Origin: the human T2T-CHM13v2.0 reference genome, Homo sapiens
Strand: one strand, 5' to 3'
DNA length: 64,000 nt
Assembly: GCF_009914755.1 (NCBI RefSeq)
Contig: NC_060937.1
Below the pieces are notes generated by a model. The model saw only the letters and a program-made list of their open reading frames with translations, was not told the DNA's origin and did not search any database. The position numbers were made by a program, and so were the translations under genes. Positions 32,274-56,480 of this stretch are shown here, piece after piece. The stretch's first letter is position 1, and each line of letters begins with the position of its first letter.

Positions 32274-34998
32274 TGAGGTGGGCGGATCACGAGGTCAGGA
32301 GTTCAAGATCAGCCTGACCAACATGGTGAAACCCCATCTCTACTACTAATACAAAAATTAGCCGACTGTGGTGGCATGCACCTGTAATCCAGGCTACTCA
32401 AGAGGCTGAGGCAGGAGAATCACTTGAAACACAGAGGCAGAGGTTGCAGCAAGCCGAGATTGCGCCACTGCACTCCAGCCTGGGCAACAGAGCGAGACTC
32501 CGTCTCTAAATAAATAAATAAATGTTAAAAAAAAATAAATGTAATGGAGCCAGGCGCAGTGGCTCACGCCTGTAATCCTGACACTTTGGGAGGCTGAGGC
32601 GGGCAGATCACTTGAGGCCAGGAGTTTGAGGCCAGCCTGGCCAACATGGCAAAGCCCTGTCTCTACCAAAAATACAAAAATTAGCCGGGTATGGTGGCTC
32701 ATGCCTGAGGGAGGAGAATCACTTGAACCCGGGAACCGGAGGTTGTAGTGAGCTGAGATTGTGCCACTGAACACCAGCCTGGGCAACAGAGTGAGACTCC
32801 ATCTCAAAAAAAAATTTTTTTTTAATGTAATGGGAGTTGAATCTAGAAAGGACTAAATAATTATCAGTAAAGTATAAATCAAACAATTATTATTGTAAGG
32901 TACCCATGTGTTCAATAAGAATCAACATTTACGGCTGGGTGTGGTGGCTCACGCCTGTAACCCCAACACCTTGGGAGGCTGAGGCGGATGGATCACTTGA
33001 GGTCAGGAGTTCGAGACCAGCCTGACCAACATGGAGAAACCCCATCTCTACTAAAATACAAAATTAGCCAGGCGTGGTGGCGCATGCCTGTAATCCCAGC
33101 TACTCAAGAGGCTGAGGCAGGAGACTCGCTTGAACCCAGGAGGTGGAGGTTGCAGTATGCCGAGATGGCGCCATTTCACTCCAGCCTGGGCAACAAGAGT
33201 GAAACTCCGTCTCAAAAAAATAAAAAAAAATCAACATTTACAAAAATTTTCTGATACATGCATATATATTCTTTGCAGCACTGCTTTTAAAAACAAACTG
33301 AAAAGAGAAATTGTTATCGAAAGAGGATGAACTAAACTAATTGTACCCATATAAAAGAATATCATACAACCATTAAAAATATAAGGCGGATATTTACATA
33401 TATATTCATGTAGAAAGTAAAAAAGGTACAGAAAAGGTAAACAGCTTTTTTTTAGAGACAGAGTCTCGTTCTGTCATCCAGGCTGGAGTACAGTGGCATA
33501 ATTACAGCTCACTACAGCCTCAAGCTCCCAGGCTCAAGTGATCCTCCCACCTAAGCCTTCCCAAGTAGCTGCAACTACAGACACATGCCACCATGCCCAG
33601 CTAATTTCTGTACTTTTGGTAGAGACGGGGTCTCACTGTGTTACTGAGGTTAGTCTTGAACTGCTGGACTCAAGCAATCCTCCCACCTCAGCTTCCCAGT
33701 GCTAGAATTACAGGCATGAGCCACTACACCCAGCCAGTTTGTTTTGTTGTTACGATTTTTGGGTTTTTTGCTTACAAATACACAAAAACATCTAATGACA
33801 TATGCAAATTTTTTTTCATTAAAGAATACAAAAGAGACTTAAAATACAAAAAGTGATTCCTACAAAAAAGCAGAAGGTAGTAAATAGGGGGACAATTTTT
33901 CTGTATTGTTTGAGATTTCTCCTTCCATGATATGTCATGATACATGTTTCTGCGGAACCACACAACTAAGATTAATTACAGTCTCTCCTCAACCTGAATA
34001 CATCCTTAGAAATGCTGGATGAAATACAAAATTGTAGGCCGGGTACAGTGGCTTATGCCTGTAATCCCAGCACTGTGGGAGGTCAAGGCAGGTAGATCAC
34101 TTGAGGTCAGGAGTTCGAAACCAGCTTGACCAACATGATGAAACCCCATCTCTACTAAAAATACAAAATTAGCTGGGCGTGGTGGTGTACACCTGTAATC
34201 CTAGCTACTTGGGATGCTGAGGCAGGAGAATCGCTTGAACTCAGAAGGCAAGAGGTAGGTCTACAATGAGCTGAAGTTGCACCACTGCACTCCAGCTTGG
34301 GCGAAGAGCAAGAGTCTGTCTCAAAAAAAGAAAAAAAAAAAGAAATACAAAATTGTAGAACAAATGGGAGAAAGTTGTAACTTTTTAAATTTTTAAACAA
34401 ACTACAACTGAAATTTACCAATTGCAGACTTTGGATCAAATAAGTACAAGTACTTCGGCACAAGTGAACCCAGAAGCAGGGAGTAGGATTCAACAAGCAA
34501 TGTGATTTTCTAATATTATAAACTAAGATATTGTTAACAGAGGCTTTAAATGAACACACACGATAAACAACAAAAAAACTCATGGGAAATAACTGCAAAA
34601 TTACTCTACTTCAAACATCAAAATACCTTCAGGCAAAGTTTTCTAAGAGCTCAAGAAAAAACTGAAGTCTAAGGAAATGTTCTTTGCCATCAATATATCC
34701 TCAGTACCTCAGACATGTCTCCCATAACTGACATTAAAGATGTGCTAAATTAGTGAATGTTATACCACTGTTCGTAGCATCAACACAAATCTTTAGTACA
34801 GATGCTTCCACATCTAATCAACATTGTTATCTAACTAGGGCACAACTGTAGGTAGGTGGGAAACAAAATGGCAGAGAAGTGCCTAGCAGGCTAAGAGAAA
34901 ACAATTCATATTGAACAGAAGGGCTAGGGTAACCACAGAGCCCAGGAAACGAAATTTCAAAAATTTCCAAGATGATTCTAATGGGTAATAAAATTTCA

Positions 34999-35229
<231 letters not shown>

Positions 35230-35346
35230 TCACCTGAGGTCAGGAGTTCAAGAGCAGCCTGGCCAACATGGTAAAACCCCATCTCTACTAAAAATACAAA
35301 AAATTAGCCGAGTGTAGAGGCATACACTTGTAATCCCAGCCACTTA

Positions 35347-35451
<105 letters not shown>

Positions 35452-36313
35452 TCAAATTTTAAAAAAGCAAAAAAATTAGCTGGGCGTGGTAGCACGCACC
35501 TGTAGTCCCAGGGAGGGTGTACTAGGGAGGGTGAGGCACGAGAATTGCCTCAACATGGGAGGCGGAAGTTGCAGTGTGCCGAGATCATGCCACTGCACTC
35601 CAGGCTGGGCGACAGAGTGAGATTCTGTCTCAAAAAAAAAAAAAAAAATCTCTCTTCCAGATCTAACAGCTAATGAATGATTCAGTACCTTTATCTCAAA
35701 TAACAACTTGCACATTTTCCACAAAATAAAAGACAGTTTATCTTTTTTTTTTTTTTTGAAATGGAGTCTCGCTCTGTCTGTCGCCCAGGCTGGAGTGCAG
35801 TGGCGTGATCTCGGCTTACCGCAACCTCCACCTCCTGGGTTCAAGTAATTCCCTGCCTCCCAAGTAGCTGGGATTACAGGCGCCCGCCACCACATCTGGC
35901 TAATGACAGTTTACCTTTAAATCTACTCTAAGATATAAATGAATTCAATTTTGTTAGAAAAGTGAACTTATAGAACTACCAAGCTTAGGGTCCAAATTAA
36001 ACCAAAACACCTAACTAGTTTCTATGGTTTGCTGGGCTCGATTTTGTTTTAACGTATGTGGCATCAGCACAGTTACTCAATGACTTCATCATAAGTGCTC
36101 AATAAACATTTACTGAATAGTGATGTACGAAATACTAGAACACACATAACAAAAAAACCTACACTTCATTCTAAAGCAAGTGAGAATTTACCCAAAAGGA
36201 TTTAGAGAAGAATGATCAAAATTTCACCTGCTAAGAAAAATACTGAATCTAGTACACAGAACGGTTTAAAGAAAGCCAAGATTAGATGGCAGAAACGTTC
36301 AGCAGGAATGCTA

Positions 36314-36593
<280 letters not shown>

Positions 36594-36877
36594 TTACTAA
36601 CTTTTCCTAAATCCCCATATCAATGTGTACAAATGAATCTTTTTCATCTCTACCAGATTATCCATCTGTACTCTTTCAAACATGTAATAATAATCTTAAA
36701 TAGCCAGCATTTGTCCAAATTCTTCTCATCAAACAAAAAATCCTGTATGTGCCATGTCTACCTACCAAAATTTGCCTGCTATGTTTCTGTTTGCCAAGAG
36801 AATCATGTATTTGATACTGGCACAATTTAATACCCGCAAATTACCTCCAACACTACTGCTTGCATAAGTAAAACTAA

Positions 36878-37056
<179 letters not shown>

Positions 37057-37379
37057 TAGTAGAGATGGGGTTTCTCCAGGTTGGTCAGGCAGGTCTCGAA
37101 CTCCCGACCTCAGGTGATCCATCTGCCTTGGCCCCCCAAAGTGCTGGGATTACAGGCGTGAGCCACCGCGCCCGTCAAGTAAAACTAACTTTTAGTAAGT
37201 TGTGTTTTTTTTTTTAAGGGAAGTTATCTGGGAAAAGGGAGATTTTCACACCTAATATGTTGAGTTCCAACTTTACCTCTAAACTCCTAAATGGCACTTT
37301 ACACAGTAGTACATGAATGGTACACACACTTAAGGGAAAAAAAAAATCATACCACATGTACATGAAAATCCATATTTAC

Positions 37380-37576
37380 CTTGCCTCATTAGCATTAATT
37401 GGTGTTCATGCCTAGCTGCTTCCATTTCTGCCTCCAGTTTCTCTTTGGCTTCTCTGATGTTTCTATCAACCTGCTCACGCTGCTGCTTTTCCATTTCATC
37501 AAGAGCCTTCCATCGAGATGCATACTCAAATTCAAATGTCCCAGGTTGAGCAAAACGTGGTGGTTGTTCTCTTTCC
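37380..37576 (-). CDS. PSPC1: PSPC1 coding exon (197 nt, probably exon 4): [36 protein letters not shown]...[14 protein letters not shown] and coiled-coil
   Basis: Acceptor TTTAG|GGAAAGA, donor CAAG|GTAAAT; NOPS motif [11 protein letters not shown]; frame is consistent with both neighbours. Confidence 0.97.
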
Positions 37577-37884
37577 CTAAATTAACATTAAAACATACAG
37601 AAATGTATGCTTAAAAGGTAAAACAACAACAAATGAGAACAACAAGCACTTACAATGTCCAAGACACCGTGTGAGACACCGTGTCTACATGAATTACCTC
37701 GTGACAATATTGTGATTACAGGCCTGAGTTTAAGAACTGCCCAAGAATGTTCAACTAATAATGGAACAATAATTCAAACTTACACAATCTGATGCCACAA
37801 CCTGCATTCTCCTAATTATTACCTGCAAAATTTCTGCTTTTGGAGGTTTCATTTTCTGGTTTTCAGTCAACAAAATACTTTACA

Positions 37885-38216
<332 letters not shown>

Positions 38217-38557
38217 TTAACTGTCTGGATCAGATGTTTTTCTAGTAAAACCAGCTAGATTTTACTGAGCGTTATGTGCCAATTAATTGGGTAGGCCCCA
38301 AAAATCAAGGCCTAACTTACTACCATTGTAGTTAATTATTTAATACCTCTTTCTCTTGATAGACTTTAAACTCAATTGACGACATCAAATGTGGCTGTTA
38401 AATGCTGTACCACCACCTCAAGTACCTAGAGTGCAGTATATACATTTAATATACATTTCTTGAATAAATTAACGAATTACCAAATAAAGGGCTATGAATA
38501 TATTTGAAAGTCTTCATTTTTTTCATATATACATATATATGTAAATATTTATTTTAG

Positions 38558-38875
<318 letters not shown>

Positions 38876-39172
38876 TAGTAGAGACGGGGTTTCACTATGT
38901 TGGCCAGGCTGGTCTTGAACTCCTGACCCTGTGATCCACCCATCTCGGTCTCCCAAAGTTCTGGGATTACAGGCGTGAGCCACCGTGCCCAGCCTTTCTT
39001 TTCACTTTTAAGAATTTTTGTTGTTGGAGGTGTTGCTTTGGGTTTTTCTGAGATAGGGTCTTGCTCAGTTTCACAGGAGTGTAGTGGCACAATTAAGACT
39101 CACTGCCGAGACTGGGCACGGTAGGTCACACTTGTAATCCCAGCCCTTTGGGAGGCTGAGACAGGCGGATCA

Positions 39173-39415
<243 letters not shown>

Positions 39416-40233
39416 TCACTTGCCAAATCAACCTCCCAGGCTCAAGCAGTCCTCCCACCTGAGGCTACAGAGCACCTAGAACTACAGAGGCATGCCACCA
39501 TGACCAGCTAATTTTTGTATTTTTTGTAGAGATGAGGTACCACTACGTTTGTTGCCCAGGCTGGTCTCAAACTCCTGGAAGCAATGCTTCTGCCTCCCAA
39601 AGTGCTGGGATTACAGGTGGGAGCCACCACACCCAGCCAACTTTCAAGAAATTTCTGCATAAATATCTTCAATTAGTCTCGCCTATAACAGCCTGTATTT
39701 AAAAGTACTCATGGGAAAACAATTCCCACTCCATGAATAAAAGCATAGATACCTTGCTATAAATGTAAATTTTAACTTTTATTTTGGGGTAGGGAGGTGA
39801 GGAGGGGTGGGTATGACAAATCTAGGAGAGAAGAAGGCTGTCACAGAGGGAAAGATGTAATAACAAGAGAGGGAAAGATATTCAGAAGCATGTGAAGAAA
39901 AATCAAAGACAGCCATGATCCTAGGGACTCTATATCTGAAAACCCTACTTGGATTTTTTTCTTTTTAAAGCACTGACTGGAAAGTGGGAAAGATTGGGAG
40001 AATCTACCAACCACTAATTTTTCTAAAAGAATTGTTTACTGGTCAGCAGTTCCAAAGTCAAAGACTGACTATATTTTTAAATTATTTATTTTCTTTCAAA
40101 GGAAAAAAAAACCACTGAAATAACATGATTTTTTGAAGGTGCAAGTGAATTTGAATTTTGGCTTTTTTGCTTTGTGAGCATTTTCTTTTTCTTTCTTTCT
40201 TTTTTTTTTCCTGAAACAGTTTCATTCTTGTAG

Positions 40234-40513
<280 letters not shown>

Positions 40514-40558
40514 TGAATAAATCTAAATCTTTAGTAATAAAAGTGGGAATATAACTAA

Positions 40559-40849
<291 letters not shown>

Positions 40850-41344
40850 TAACTAGCTCTTAAGTTTTGCTGATATCATTAACTATATAAACAAATATTG
40901 CCTATAAAGTCTATTCTTGTTAACAACCTTGTACTTCTAGTTCTCTAACTCCCAAATCCAAACGTATGCTTTATTTCAAATTTGTAATGGTGACCTATAA
41001 CAAGGAAAAAGTTAAGTGAAGAGGAAATCACAGGAACCCTTTAAAAAAAATGGCATTGTGGCCAGGTGCAGTGCCTCACACCTGTAAACCCAACACTTTG
41101 AGAGGCCAATGCAGGCAGATCGCTTGAGCCCAGGAGTTCGAGACCACGCTGAGCAACATGACAAAACTCTGTCTTTACAAAATAATTAAAAAATGAGACG
41201 GGCATGGTGGCCCACATCTGTAGTCCCAGCTACTTGGGGGGTGCTGAGGTGGAAGGATCACTTGAGACCAGGAGGTAGAGGCTGCAGTGAGCCATGACCA
41301 TGCCATTGCACTGCAGTCTGGGCAACAGGGCCAGACCCTGTCTC

Positions 41345-41375
<31 letters not shown>

Positions 41376-41480
41376 GAGAAATAGCATTGCAAAGGAAATA
41401 AGAATAGATATTAATTAGGCTGGGCATGGTGGCTCACGCCTGTAATCCCAGCACTTTGGGAGGCTGACGCAGGCAGATCA

Positions 41481-41725
<245 letters not shown>

Positions 41726-41739
41726 TTATAATCAACGCT

Positions 41740-42060
41740 AATGCTAATGCTTCCTCCCTGAAATACTCTCCTCCCTTGCTTCCAGGACACAGTCTGATGG
41801 TTCTTCCCCCTATTCCAATGAATGAATGCTCCCTTCTCAGTCGTTATTGATTCCTTCTGATCTTCCCAATCTCTACACACTGAAGAACTCCAAGGTTCAA
41901 GGTTTGGTCCTTTGACTTTAAAATATCATGTTCATAAATCCAGCCAGGACAGTTGCTCTAAATCCTAGTTATAAATCCAACTACCTGCTTGACTACACTG
42001 CTAGCACCTAGAACAGTGGCTAACACAAAGGCACTCCAAGTTTTATTTATCTAATAAACA
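41740..42060 (+). mobile_element. L2 fragment
   Basis: CCAACTACCTGCTTGAC and CTAGCACCTAGAACAGTGGCTAACACA, L2 3'-end motifs. Confidence 0.55.
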
Positions 42061-42361
42061 AGTGGGCCGGGCGCAGTGGCTCACATCTGTAATCCCAGCA
42101 CCTTGGGAGGCCAAGGTGGGTGGATCACCCAAGGTCAGGAGTTCGAGTCCAGCCTGGCCATTATGGTAAAACCCCGTCTCTACTAAAAATACAAAAATTA
42201 GCTGGGTGTGGTGGTGCACGCCTGTAATCCCAGCTACTCAGGGAGGGTGAGGGACAAGAATCACTTGAACTCGGGAGGTGGAGGTTGCAGTGAGCTGAGA
42301 CTGCACCACTGCACTCCAGCCTGGATGACAAAGTGAGACTGTCTCAAAAAATAAATAAGTA

Positions 42362-43895
<1,534 letters not shown>

Positions 43896-44142
43896 AAAAA
43901 ATAAATAAGTAAGTGACTGGTTTTTAAAAATATAATAAGCTCTGCAAAAGTAATTGGAGAGGAAAGGGAGGTGGGACAGGCAGAGAACAGAACTGGAGGC
44001 AGTCCATCTAGGGAATGGGACTGTGAGGCCATACTTGTGAAACATCTGGACTGCTATTCTAGGACTTTTATTTGATGTGTTCGTTGCACAGCTGTTTGAA
44101 ATGTTTAATAAAGCTTTATAAACTTAAAAAAAAAATGCACTC

Positions 44143-44472
<330 letters not shown>

Positions 44473-44713
44473 TTATTCTAAGTGAAAAGGGAAAAGAATA
44501 AACATACATTTTGAAAATGAGCTATTTTTTGCAACCTCTAAGAGTTTTTCCGCTGTGCCAGGTTATTTAACTAGGAATACCCTGCTCTACCCTGGCACAC
44601 CAAAAATCTCCTTTTAACCTACAATAGACTTGAAGCACAAAATAAAACTTAAGAAGTATTTCCAGCTGGGCGTGGTGGCTCACACCTGTAATCCTAGCAC
44701 TTTGGGAGGCCTA

Positions 44714-44989
<276 letters not shown>

Positions 44990-45435
44990 TCATCGTTTTT
45001 CTGGCATGAATATTATTGACAGTGTCCTCCTAGTACCCTCCCTGCCCCAGTTATAAAAGTAGACATTTCTAAAAAAAATTAGTATGTTTTACCCATATAA
45101 AAAAAGAAAACTATTAGCTGGGCATGGTGGTGCGTGCCTGTAATCCCAGCTACTCAGGAGTCTGAGGCACGAGAATCACTTGAACGTGGGAGGTAGAGAT
45201 TACAGGGAGCCAAGATCACACCACTGCACTCCAGCCTGGGCGACAGAGCAAGATACTATCTCAAAAAAAACAAAAAGAAAGAAAGAAAAGAAAACTAGCA
45301 TTCCATGTAGACTAGACCACTCTATTACCCAGATTATATAAATAAACAGAACACCTCATAATCCAATATTTGAAAACAAATGTAATGAACACCCTTAATA
45401 GTACAGACACAAATTATCTATTAATAAAATCTTAC

Positions 45436-45531
45436 TTATGATATTGTTGAGTTTTCTGCATCAGCTTCTCTGGCAAGCCATCTTCATCATCAAACTGCTC
45501 CATGGGTTCCACAATGACTGGACGAGGGGTC
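45436..45531 (-). CDS. PSPC1: PSPC1 coding exon (96 nt, probably exon 3): [32 protein letters not shown], start of NOPS
   Basis: Acceptor CCTATCCAG|GACCCCT, donor CATAA|GTAAGA; phase 2-2; DBHS motif DDEDGLPEK. Confidence 0.97.
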
Positions 45532-45611
45532 CTGGATAGGTATAAAAGCATTCATAAAAATTAACACAGTGCCAAGAATTAATACCGTCTTAAAAGAAAT
45601 GTTTTATAATA

Positions 45612-46260
<649 letters not shown>

Positions 46261-46422
46261 CATCAACATGTCCCACCACCTCAACCCACCCATCTGTACC
46301 CACCACCCAGTTTCCCTGTATCTATCAGTATTGTTCAGAAAGTTCTTAAAAATGTTGGCCAGCAGGAACAGTGGCTCACATCTGTAATCCCAGCACTTTG
46401 GAAGGCCAAGGCAGGCGGACTA

Positions 46423-46677
<255 letters not shown>

Positions 46678-46939
46678 CTAAAACATTTCGGCGAAGTGGC
46701 TCAAACCTGTAATTCTAGAGCTTTGGGAAGCAGAGGCGGGGAAGATGGCTTGAGCCCAGAAATTCAAGATCAGCCTGGGAAAGATGACGAGATCCTGTCT
46801 CTATAAAAAATTTTAAAATTAGCCGGGCACAGTGGCTCACGCCTGTAATCCCAGCACTTTGGTAGGCTGAGGCGGGTGGATCACAAGATCAGGAGTTTGA
46901 GACCAGCCTGACCAACATGGTGAAACCTCGTCTCTACTA

Positions 46940-47121
<182 letters not shown>

Positions 47122-48408
47122 TTAAAATTAGCCAGGTAGCATACACTACTCAGGAGGCTGAGGTGGGAAGATCACTTGAGCCCAGGAATTTGAGGCTGCA
47201 GTGAGCTATGATAGAGCCACTGCACTCTAACCTGGGCAATAAGGCAAGATGTCATCTCTAAATAAAAATAAAAATAAAAGATGTTAGCCAGACAAAAAGG
47301 GAAAAAGGGAAGGCAGAAGACACCAGACATTCAAGGAGAAAAGCTGGGATAAGGAAATGACAAGAGTGGGTAATGAAAGATATGACTAGAGGCCCTCCTT
47401 CTTTACTGTTTTCTTCAGTAAAATAGGAGAAAAGGAGAGTTCATGGAGGGGAAGAGGAATAAGCAGAATGGATGGCACACTGATATTAAAATTTCCTTTG
47501 AGATCGGCTCTTCACCATGCAAGGGGCATTAAAATCTATTTATACTACCTTCAAAACAGTGATGCTTCAGAGAGAAAAAACTAAGCTAGAGAGATGAAGG
47601 GTTTTTGGACTCCAAAAGCTTCTCTTACACATAATACCAGAGATTAACACAGACTTTAGATCCTAAATGTAAGAAAAGATACAAAATAACTTTTCAAAAT
47701 TATTACTGAGTTAGTGAAGACATTTTAAGGAAACAGTTAAAGCAGGTATGGAATATCATGGAGTGGTGGAATGAGATTATAGAAACCTCAGATAAACTGA
47801 ATAGGAACCCAAAGGTAAAGAGACTTAAGATGTGGTACTTCTAAAAGTACCCAAAAAGGCCCAGGGCCAAAATGAAGATGATGCATTTTATGGACCATTC
47901 ATCCGCTGGAAGCTATGGCAGGGCCACAAACATAGAACAGTAACAGAATCAGATAAAAGGTGCACCTGAGCAGAGGCCAACAAAGAAACAAGCAAACCCC
48001 TCCAGTAACACAAGACCATCCCCCTTCAGAGAAACTTCAGAAACAGAATTAAGAGGGAAAAATGAACTAAGCAGATGATATGTCATTCATCAGAAATGAC
48101 AAAAGTATATGAAGCCAAGGGAAACCGTAATCAGAATTAAGGGAAAACTCTGACATCTCTGTACTCTCAAATATGTTAGAGATTTTAACAAATTGTAAAC
48201 TTTTCACATGTAAGTTTGGACCACTAGACAACTCTTACACAGTGCGGGAGAGGAGAAGTACAGATTTCTAAGAGGGAACTTAATCGATACAAACAAGTTT
48301 ATAAAGTCTCCCTCTACCACTCTATATATCATCTTGCTCCTACAATTCCACTTCTGAAGAAACATAAACCAGTGAGCAAAGATCAATCAGGCTGGGCGTG
48401 GTGGCTCA

Positions 48409-48688
<280 letters not shown>

Positions 48689-48942
48689 TCACAACCACAT
48701 TCATCTAATTACACAACATAAAAAGACCAAGGAACATGGGTACGTATTGTGTACAAGGGAATTACTTAAGGGACTGTGTCTTATTTTTATTTATTGGAAC
48801 ACATGCTAAAATGTGTTTCTATCTATGGTTTCATTGTACATACACCACTCCCTATAGAAGCTCCCTTTGTCCATTTTCTGACTCATCTTGTTTATTTCAC
48901 TTTCATCTTTAGGTATAACCAAAATTTGTTAAACTCAACCTA

Positions 48943-49232
<290 letters not shown>

Positions 49233-49314
49233 TCAACTTAAATTCTGTTTACCATAGGTATAATAACTACATTTATTCTTTTTTCTTGAGACAGTGTCTC
49301 ACTCTGTTGTCTAG

Positions 49315-49419
<105 letters not shown>

Positions 49420-49822
49420 TGACTACGTCTGTCCAGGTTACTCTTTTTGCAAATATAAGTATATAATAAGTACAAAACAGATCAAAAAGAAACAAATCAA
49501 GGTGTTCAACCATAATGTTAAATCTGAAGTTACTGCTTGGGTTTTTGTTTTTCTCCCCATTTTACCACCAAGTCAATCATTAGTTTGGTTATAAACTTGA
49601 AGGACTGAGAGAGAGAGGCTTCGGGACTGAGGCCCTGGGGTTTACAGCAGGTTATGAGCTGCATAGCCTTTGGCTAGGAGGTTCCTGCGCTAGCTGAAGT
49701 TTTCTCTGAAGTTTTCTCATCGGTAAAATGGGATATCAGTGCATCATAGGGTTGTTATGATAACGAAAGAAGAAAGGTAGGGCACTTAGCACAGTTCTTG
49801 GTAAAGAGAGTTCATTAAATCA

Positions 49823-50170
<348 letters not shown>

Positions 50171-50798
50171 TCAGTGTTCTTTCAGGCTTGAAAATACTAA
50201 AATTTAAAGTGTTAATTTATTTACAAAAAAACTTGAAAAATGTTTCATTGTGAAAAAACTTAAATAGCAAGTATTGCAGAAGAAACAAGGCCCCTGAAAT
50301 CCTAACATATGGAGAGGAGCTCTGATCACATTTTTGTGAAAACCACTTAAGACTTGCCTTTCTGTTGGATATATGCATAAGTTTACATAAAATGAATTAC
50401 CTATACATGCTTTTTTTCAGATATCCAATGTACTCAATGTAAAATGGCACCATTTTACGCACTGCATGCATGCACAATAATTTTTTTAACCATACCAACT
50501 GGTATACATCTGGGGTTTTCATGTTTTCTGTAATTATATATAACATCAACTACGTATTTGTGACTGATCTTTCCTCATTGTGGCTGATCTTTTCTTAGAA
50601 CTGTGGAAACAAGGTAAAATATACAGTACTAAAAAAAACATGGTGACTTAAGGGCTGGGCAAGGTGGCTTTTGCCTGTAATCCCAGCACTCTGGCAGACT
50701 GAAGTGGGAGGATCATTTGAGGCCAGGAATTCCAGGTTACAATGAGCTATGATCGTGCCACTGCACTCCAACCTGGGTAAGAGCAGAACTTGCCTTAA

Positions 50799-51011
<213 letters not shown>

Positions 51012-51443
51012 TAGCTAATTTTTTTATTTTTTTTTTGTAGAGATAGGGTTTTGCCATGTTGCCCAAGCTACACATAATTTTTAAAACGAAGAATGTGTAA
51101 TGATGATGACAATTTATTTCTGCACTGAATCACCCTTATAGACATGTACCATTTTGTGATGGTTTTTCATTTTAGCTCAGTTGCATATTTATAAGCATGG
51201 TTGAGAATAGTTGAATAGTAATGATAAAATAATTATCAGGATGCAGCCACGACAAACATGGTGAAACCCTGTCTCCAGTAAAAATTCAAAAGTTAGCTGG
51301 GTGTGGTGGTGCGCACCTGTAATCACAGCTACTCAGGAGGTTGAGGCACAGGAATCACTTGAACCCAGAAGGCAGAGGTTGCAGTGAGCCAAGATCATGC
51401 CATGCACTCCACCCTGGGTGACAGAATGAGAGCCCATCTCAAA

Positions 51444-51484
51444 AATAATAATAATAATAATTATTATTATTATTATTATTATTA
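51444..51484. repeat. (AAT)n(TAT)n palindromic microsatellite in an Alu tail
   Basis: AATAATAATAATAATAATTATTATTATTATTATTATTATTA. Confidence 0.9.
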
Positions 51485-51793
51485 CCAGGATGACGATATT
51501 AATAAAATATTTTATGATGGAGAAAAAATAAAATCACTAGGATCTGATAATGATATCTTAGATTTACAAAATGACACAATAGATCCATGTGGTAATTTTA
51601 AGAAAAGGGATCTAATTTTTTTTTTTTTTTTTTGAGAGATGGGTCTCACGACGTTGCTCAGGCTAGTCTCGAACTCCCGGGCTCAAGCAAACCTCAGCCT
51701 TCAGAGTAGCTGGGACTACAGGTGCCTACTACTACACTCAGCTTGTTTTAATTTTTTTAATTTTTCTTTTTGTTCTTTTGAAGACCTCTAAGA

Positions 51794-51850
51794 AATAAGG
51801 AAGTATCAGTCTTTACAAATAACAAATAAGGAAATATCAATCTTTACAAA
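51794..51850. repeat. Two-copy ~31-bp tandem duplication
   Basis: AAATAAGGAA(G/A)TATCA(G/A)TCTTTACAAA occurs twice. Confidence 0.85.
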
Positions 51851-52811
51851 AAAAAGAAAGCAAAAAACTAAAACTGGATCCAATTAGCACTGATAGTATA
51901 TCAAGGGTTAATGTTGCTTTCCTAAAAAGTTAAGTAGCAATTTATACTTATCAGCAGGTTTTCCTAGATAACTCATTATTTTCAACAGGCAATGGAAATA
52001 TTATAATGTTTTTCTTAAAGAATTTTTTTTGTCTAAAAGTAATCTCATTTAATGGAAAGATATGATAAAGCAAATAAAATGTTGGAAAAAGTAATCCCTT
52101 TCAAATATAAATATAAAATAGGAAAAGTACAAAATTATTTTTGTACTCTTCTGCACAGGAAAAGTGTGCAGAAAAGAGTTTTAAAAAGCAAGCCTGCAGC
52201 TGGGCGCAGTGGCTCACGCCTGTAATCCCAGGACTTTGGGAGGCTGAGGCAGGCGGATGACTTATGGTCAGGAGTTCGAGACCAGCCTGGTCAACATAGT
52301 GAAACCCCGTCTCTACTAAAAATACAAAAATTAGCCAGGTGTGGTGGTGAACATCTGTAATCCCAGCTATTCAGGCAGCTGAGGCACATGAATCGCTTGA
52401 ATCCAAGAGGCAGAGGTTGCAGTGAGCCAAGAACATGCCACAGAACTGCACCCTGAGTGACAGAGTGAGACCCTGTCTCAAATCAATCTATCAATCAATC
52501 AATCAATCAATCCTACCAGCCAAGAGCGGTGGCTTGTGTCTGTAATCCTAGCACTTTGGGAGGCCAAAACGAGCAGATCACTTGAGCCCAAGAGTTCAAG
52601 GCCAGCCTGGGCCACATGGCGAAAATACAAAAAGTAAAAAAATTAGCCAAGTCTGGTGGCACATGCCTGTGGTCCCAGCTACTCGGAAGGCTGAGGTGGG
52701 AGGATCATGTGAGCCTGAGGAGGCTGAGGGCATAGTGACCTATGATCGCATTCAGCCTGGGTGAGAGTAAGACCTTATCTCCAAAAAAAAGCTATCAATA
52801 AGAAATCGTTA

Positions 52812-53171
<360 letters not shown>

Positions 53172-53589
53172 CTAGGAGGCTGAGGCAGGCACATCACCTA
53201 AGGCCAAGAGTTCAAGACCAGCCTAGCCAACATGGTGAAACCCCAGCTCTATTAAAAATACGAAAAAAAATAAAAAATTAAAAAATAAAAATAAAATGGA
53301 AAAGCAAGATCTATGACAATCTGAAGAAAGAGCATTCTCTAAGGAAAGAGAATAAGAGCACAATCTCTGACAAGATTGTGTTGTAAAACAGCAGATATAG
53401 CACGAATTTCAGTTTTAGTATCAATGCTTAATAGTCGAAAGTAAGTTTTAAAATGCTTACAAATCAGCAACTAAGTTCCATAGAGCCAGGAAACAAAATT
53501 TTTTAAATTTTAGGGATCAATTCCCTAAACCCTAAATTCCCTAAACCCTAAAACATCTGAATGATCCCAACCAATAGCTGACAGCACCA

Positions 53590-56480
<2,891 letters not shown>

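Noticed and set aside
37662-37684. Micro-duplications (AGACACCGTGT x2; also ~18493-18561, ~35510-35533, ~63266-63281)
   Set aside because: Ordinary slippage duplications with no functional clue.
53521-53551. CCCTAAA repeats resembling plant telomeric units
   Set aside because: Just a 16-bp tandem duplication (TTCCCTAAACCCTAAA x2) in primate DNA.
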